Assembly (NCBI GenBank): GCA_002269645.1
Contig: NIVC01000178.1
Coordinates: forward strand, 62,001-126,000
DNA length: 64,000 nt
Direction: 5' to 3'
Source: Macrostomum lignano
Lineage: Eukaryota
In this document: in pieces, positions 60,332 through 64,000 of the stretch
Layout: each line of letters opens with the position of its first letter
Position numbering within the stretch: the first letter of the stretch is position 1
Notes under the pieces: generated by a model
Seen by the model: only the letters and a program-made list of their open reading frames with translations
The model's database searches: none
What the model was told of the DNA's origin: nothing
Program-made: the position numbers and the translations under genes

Positions 60332-62064
60332 TGGAGGCAGATTCAAGGATCCTGAGGGGGAGCGGAGAGGCAGATTCAAGGATCCTGAGGGAGAGTGGAG
60401 AGGCAGATTCAAGGATCCTGAGGGAGAGCGGAGAGGCAGATTCAAGGATCCTGAGGGAGAGCGGAGAGGCAGATTCAAGGATCCTGAGGGAGAGCGGATA
60501 GGCAGATTCAAGGATCCTGAGGGAGAGCGGATAGGCAGATTCAAGGATCCTGAGGGGGAGCGGAGAGGCAGATTCAAGGATCCTGAGGGAGAGCGGATAG
60601 GCAGATTCAAGGATCCTGAGGGGACAGCGGAGAGGCAGATTCAAGGATCCTGAGGGAGAGCGGATAGGCAGATTCAAGGATCCTGAGGGGACAGCGGAGA
60701 GGCAGATTCAAGGATCCTGAGGGGACAGCGGAGAGGCAGATTCAAGGATCCTGAGGGGACAGCGGAGAGGCAGGTTCAAGGATCCTGAGGGGACAGCGGA
60801 GAGGCAGATTCAAGGATCCTGAGGGGACAGCGGAGAGGCAGGTTCAAGGATCCTGAGGGGACAGCGGAGAGGCAGATTCAAGGATCCTGAGGGGACAGCG
60901 GAGAGGCAGGTTCAAGGATCCTGAGGGGACAGCGGAGAGGCAGGTTCAAGGATCCTGAGGGGACAGCGGAGAGGCAGGTTCAAGGATCCTGAGGGGACAG
61001 CGGAGAGGCAGGTTCAAGGATCCTGAGGGGACAGCGGAGAGGCAGATTCAAGGATCCTGAGGGGACAGCGGAGAGGCAGGTTCAAGGATCCTGAGGGGAC
61101 AGCGGAGAGGCAGGTTCAAGGATCCTGAGGGGACAGCGGAGAGGCAGGTTCAAGGATCCTGAGGGGACAGCGGAGAGGCAGGTTCAAGGATCCTGAGGGG
61201 ACAGCGGAGAGGCAGATTCAAGGATCCTGAGGGGACAGCGGAGAGGCAGATTCAAGGATCCTGAGGGGGAGCGGAGAGGCAGATTCAAGGATTCTGAGGG
61301 GACAGCGGAGAGGCAGATTCAAGGATCCTGAGGGAGAGGAGAGGCGGATTCAAGGATTCTGAGGGGACAGCGGAGAGGCAGATTCAAGGATCCTGAGGGG
61401 ACAGCGGAGAGGCAGATTCAAGGATCCTGAGGGGACAGCGGAGAGGCAGATTCAAGGATCCTGAGGGGACAGCGGAGAGGCAGATTCAAGGATCCTGAGG
61501 GACAGCGGAGAGGCAGATTCAAGGATCCTGAGGGGACAGCGGAGAGGCAGATTCAAGGATCCTGAGGGGACAGCGGAGAGGCAGATTCAAGGATCCTGAG
61601 GGGACAGCGGAGAGGCAGATTCAAGGATCCTGAGGGGACAGCGGAGAGGCAGATTCAAGGATCCTGAGGGGACAGCGGAGAGGCAGATTCAAGGATCCTG
61701 AAGGGACAGCGGAGAGGCAGATTCAAGGATCCTGAGGGGACAGCGGAGAGGCAGATTCAAGGATCCTGAGGGGACAGCGGAGAGGCAGATTCAAGGATCC
61801 TGAGGGGACAGCGAAGAGGCAGATTCAAGGATTCTGAGGAGACAGCGGAGAGGCAGATTCAAGGATCCTGAGGGGACAGCGGAGAGGCAGATTCAAGGAT
61901 CCTGAGGGAGGGCGGAGAGGCAGATTCAAGGATCCTGAGGGAGGGCGGAGAGGCAGATTCAAGGATCCTGAGTGAGGGCGGAGAGGCAGATTCAAGGATC
62001 CTGAGGGGACAGCGAAGAGGCAGATTCAAGGATCCTGAGGAGACAGCGGAGAGGCAGATTCAAG
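60332..62064. repeat. 33-34-bp G-rich minisatellite downstream of NCKIPSD (about 50 units)
   Basis: GGCAGATTCAAGGATCCTGAGGGGACAGCGGAGA units. Confidence 0.95.
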
Positions 62065-62514
62065 GCGAAAGATGTTACTATTTCACTTATTGGTAGCAAT
62101 CTTTAAAATGTATTCTGTTTGCTTTTGCGTTTTCAGATTTTTTGCCTTTTCACATAAAAACTGAATTGTATTTGAGTGTTGTTTAACTTCTTAAAAGTTT
62201 AGTTAGTCAGTATTTATTTGTTTTACTGTAACTGTCTTCTTGCGCAGTAGTTTTATTTTTTGTTTTAAATTTAAATCGCGATTTTCTTATAAAGCTTTCT
62301 AAAATTCTGAAGCTCGGTAGTTCTGGGTACATTTTGTACCTGCGACTCATAAACACCCCGCGTAAACCCAATGTGCGTGTTGTTATTATAATTATATTAT
62401 TATATTATTTTCAGTAGCCACGTTACTCGACCATTCCTTTGCTTTGCAGCGTCCAATTACTTCTTCGAGTCACGCCTAATTTTTCAGCTTTAATACCGAT
62501 AATTTACGAGTCAT

Positions 62515-63990
62515 CCAGTTTTAATATCCATGATTAATGAGTCATCCGGTTTCAATATTCATGATTAATGAGTCATCCGGTTTCAATATCGATGATTTAT
62601 GAGTCATACGGTTTCAATATCGATGATTTATGAGTCATCCGGTTTCAATATCGATGATTAATGAGTCATCCGGTTTCAATATTCATGATTAATGAGTCAT
62701 CCGGTTTCAATATCGATGATTTATGAGTCATCCGGTTTCAATATCGATGATTTATGAGTCATCTGGTTTCAATATCGAAGATTTATGAGTCATCTGGTTT
62801 CAATATCGAAGATTTATGAGTCATCCGGTTTCAATATCGATGATCTATGAGTCATCTGGTTTCAATATCGAAGATTTATGAGTCATCCGGTTTCAATATC
62901 GATGATCTATGAGTCATCCGGTTTCAATATCGATGATTTATGAGTCATCCGGTTTCAATATCAATGATTTATGAGTCATCCGGTTTCAATATCGATGATT
63001 TATGAGTCATCTGGTTTCAATATCGATGATTTATGAGTCATCCGGTTTCAATATCGATGATTTTTGAGTCATCCGGTTTCAATATCGATGATTTATGAGT
63101 CATCCGGTTTCAATATCGATGATTTTTGAGTCATCCAGTTTCAATATCGATGATTTATGAGTCATCCGGTTTCAATATCGATGATTTTTGAGTCATCCGG
63201 TTTCAATATCGATGATTTATGAGTCATCCGGTTTCAATATCGATGATTTTTTAGTCATCCAGTTTCAATATCGATGATTTATGAGTCATCCGGTTTCAAT
63301 ATCGATGATTTTTGAGTCATCCGGTTTCAATATCGATGATTTATGAGTCATCCGGTTTCAATATCGATGATTTTTGAGTCATCCGGTTTCAATATCGATG
63401 ATTTTTGAGTCATCCGGTTTCAATATCGATGATTTATGAGTCATCCGGTTTCAATATCGATGATTTTTGAGTCATCCAGTTTCAATATCGATGATTTATG
63501 AGTCATCCGGTTTCAATATCGATGATTTATGAGTCATCCGGTTTCAATATTCATGATTAATGAGTCATCCGGTTTCAATATCGATGATTTATGAGTCATA
63601 CGGTTTCAATATCGATGATTTATGAGTCATCCGGTTTCAATATCGATGATTATGAGTCATCTGGTTTCAATATTCATGATTAATGAGTCATCCGGTTTCA
63701 ATATCGATGATTTATGAGTCATACGGTTTCAATATCGATGATTTATGAGTCATCCGGTTTCAATATCGATGATTATGAGTCATCTGGTTTCAATATAGAT
63801 GATTTATGAGTCATCCGGTTTCAAAATCGATGATTTATGAGTCATCCGGTTTCAATATCGATTATTTATGAGTCATCTGATTTTAATATCGATGATTTAT
63901 GAGTCATCCGGTTTCAATATCGATTATCTATTAGTCATTGGTTTCAATACCGATGATTTATGAGTCATCGATTCCAGTCTCGATGATTCA
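62515..63990. repeat. 31-bp minisatellite containing ATGAGTCAT (about 47 units)
   Basis: GAGTCATCCGGTTTCAATATCGATGATTTAT units. Confidence 0.95.
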
Positions 63991-64000
63991 TGAGTTATCG

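Overview
This window is eukaryotic (metazoan) genomic DNA, not prokaryotic. It has GC-rich exons, spliceosomal introns largely filled with minisatellites, and TTAGGG; this architecture resembles a free-living flatworm such as Macrostomum (inference only). By manual splice-phase reconstruction I can support five protein-coding genes. (1-2) Two GABA-A/Cys-loop receptor subunit paralogues of the insect GRD/CG8916 type lie tail-to-tail as an inverted duplication: copy A (+, 5' end outside the window) and copy B (-, complete, 459 aa). (3) Aquarius/AQR spliceosomal helicase (-, 11 exons, about 2052 aa) with a very long repetitive C-terminal extension. (4) A Rab24-like GTPase (+, 2 exons, 228 aa). 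(5) An NCKIPSD/SPIN90-like gene (+, 8 exons, 604 aa, one probable GC-AG intron). Mobile DNA includes a Penelope-like retroelement (RT C-terminus plus GIY-YIG) with a minimal hammerhead ribozyme, a 5'-truncated RNase H-bearing LINE with a 12-bp target-site duplication, a TTAA-flanked MITE, a hAT end and a probable Helitron-like element. Most long ORFs in the supplied track are artefacts of stop-free tandem repeats. The most unusual system is the inverted receptor pair: the ligand-binding loop C has diverged, the sequence from mid-TM2 onward is near-identical, and both copies end in an array made from the gene's own last 12 codons plus stop codon. No rRNA, tRNA or CRISPR array is supported.
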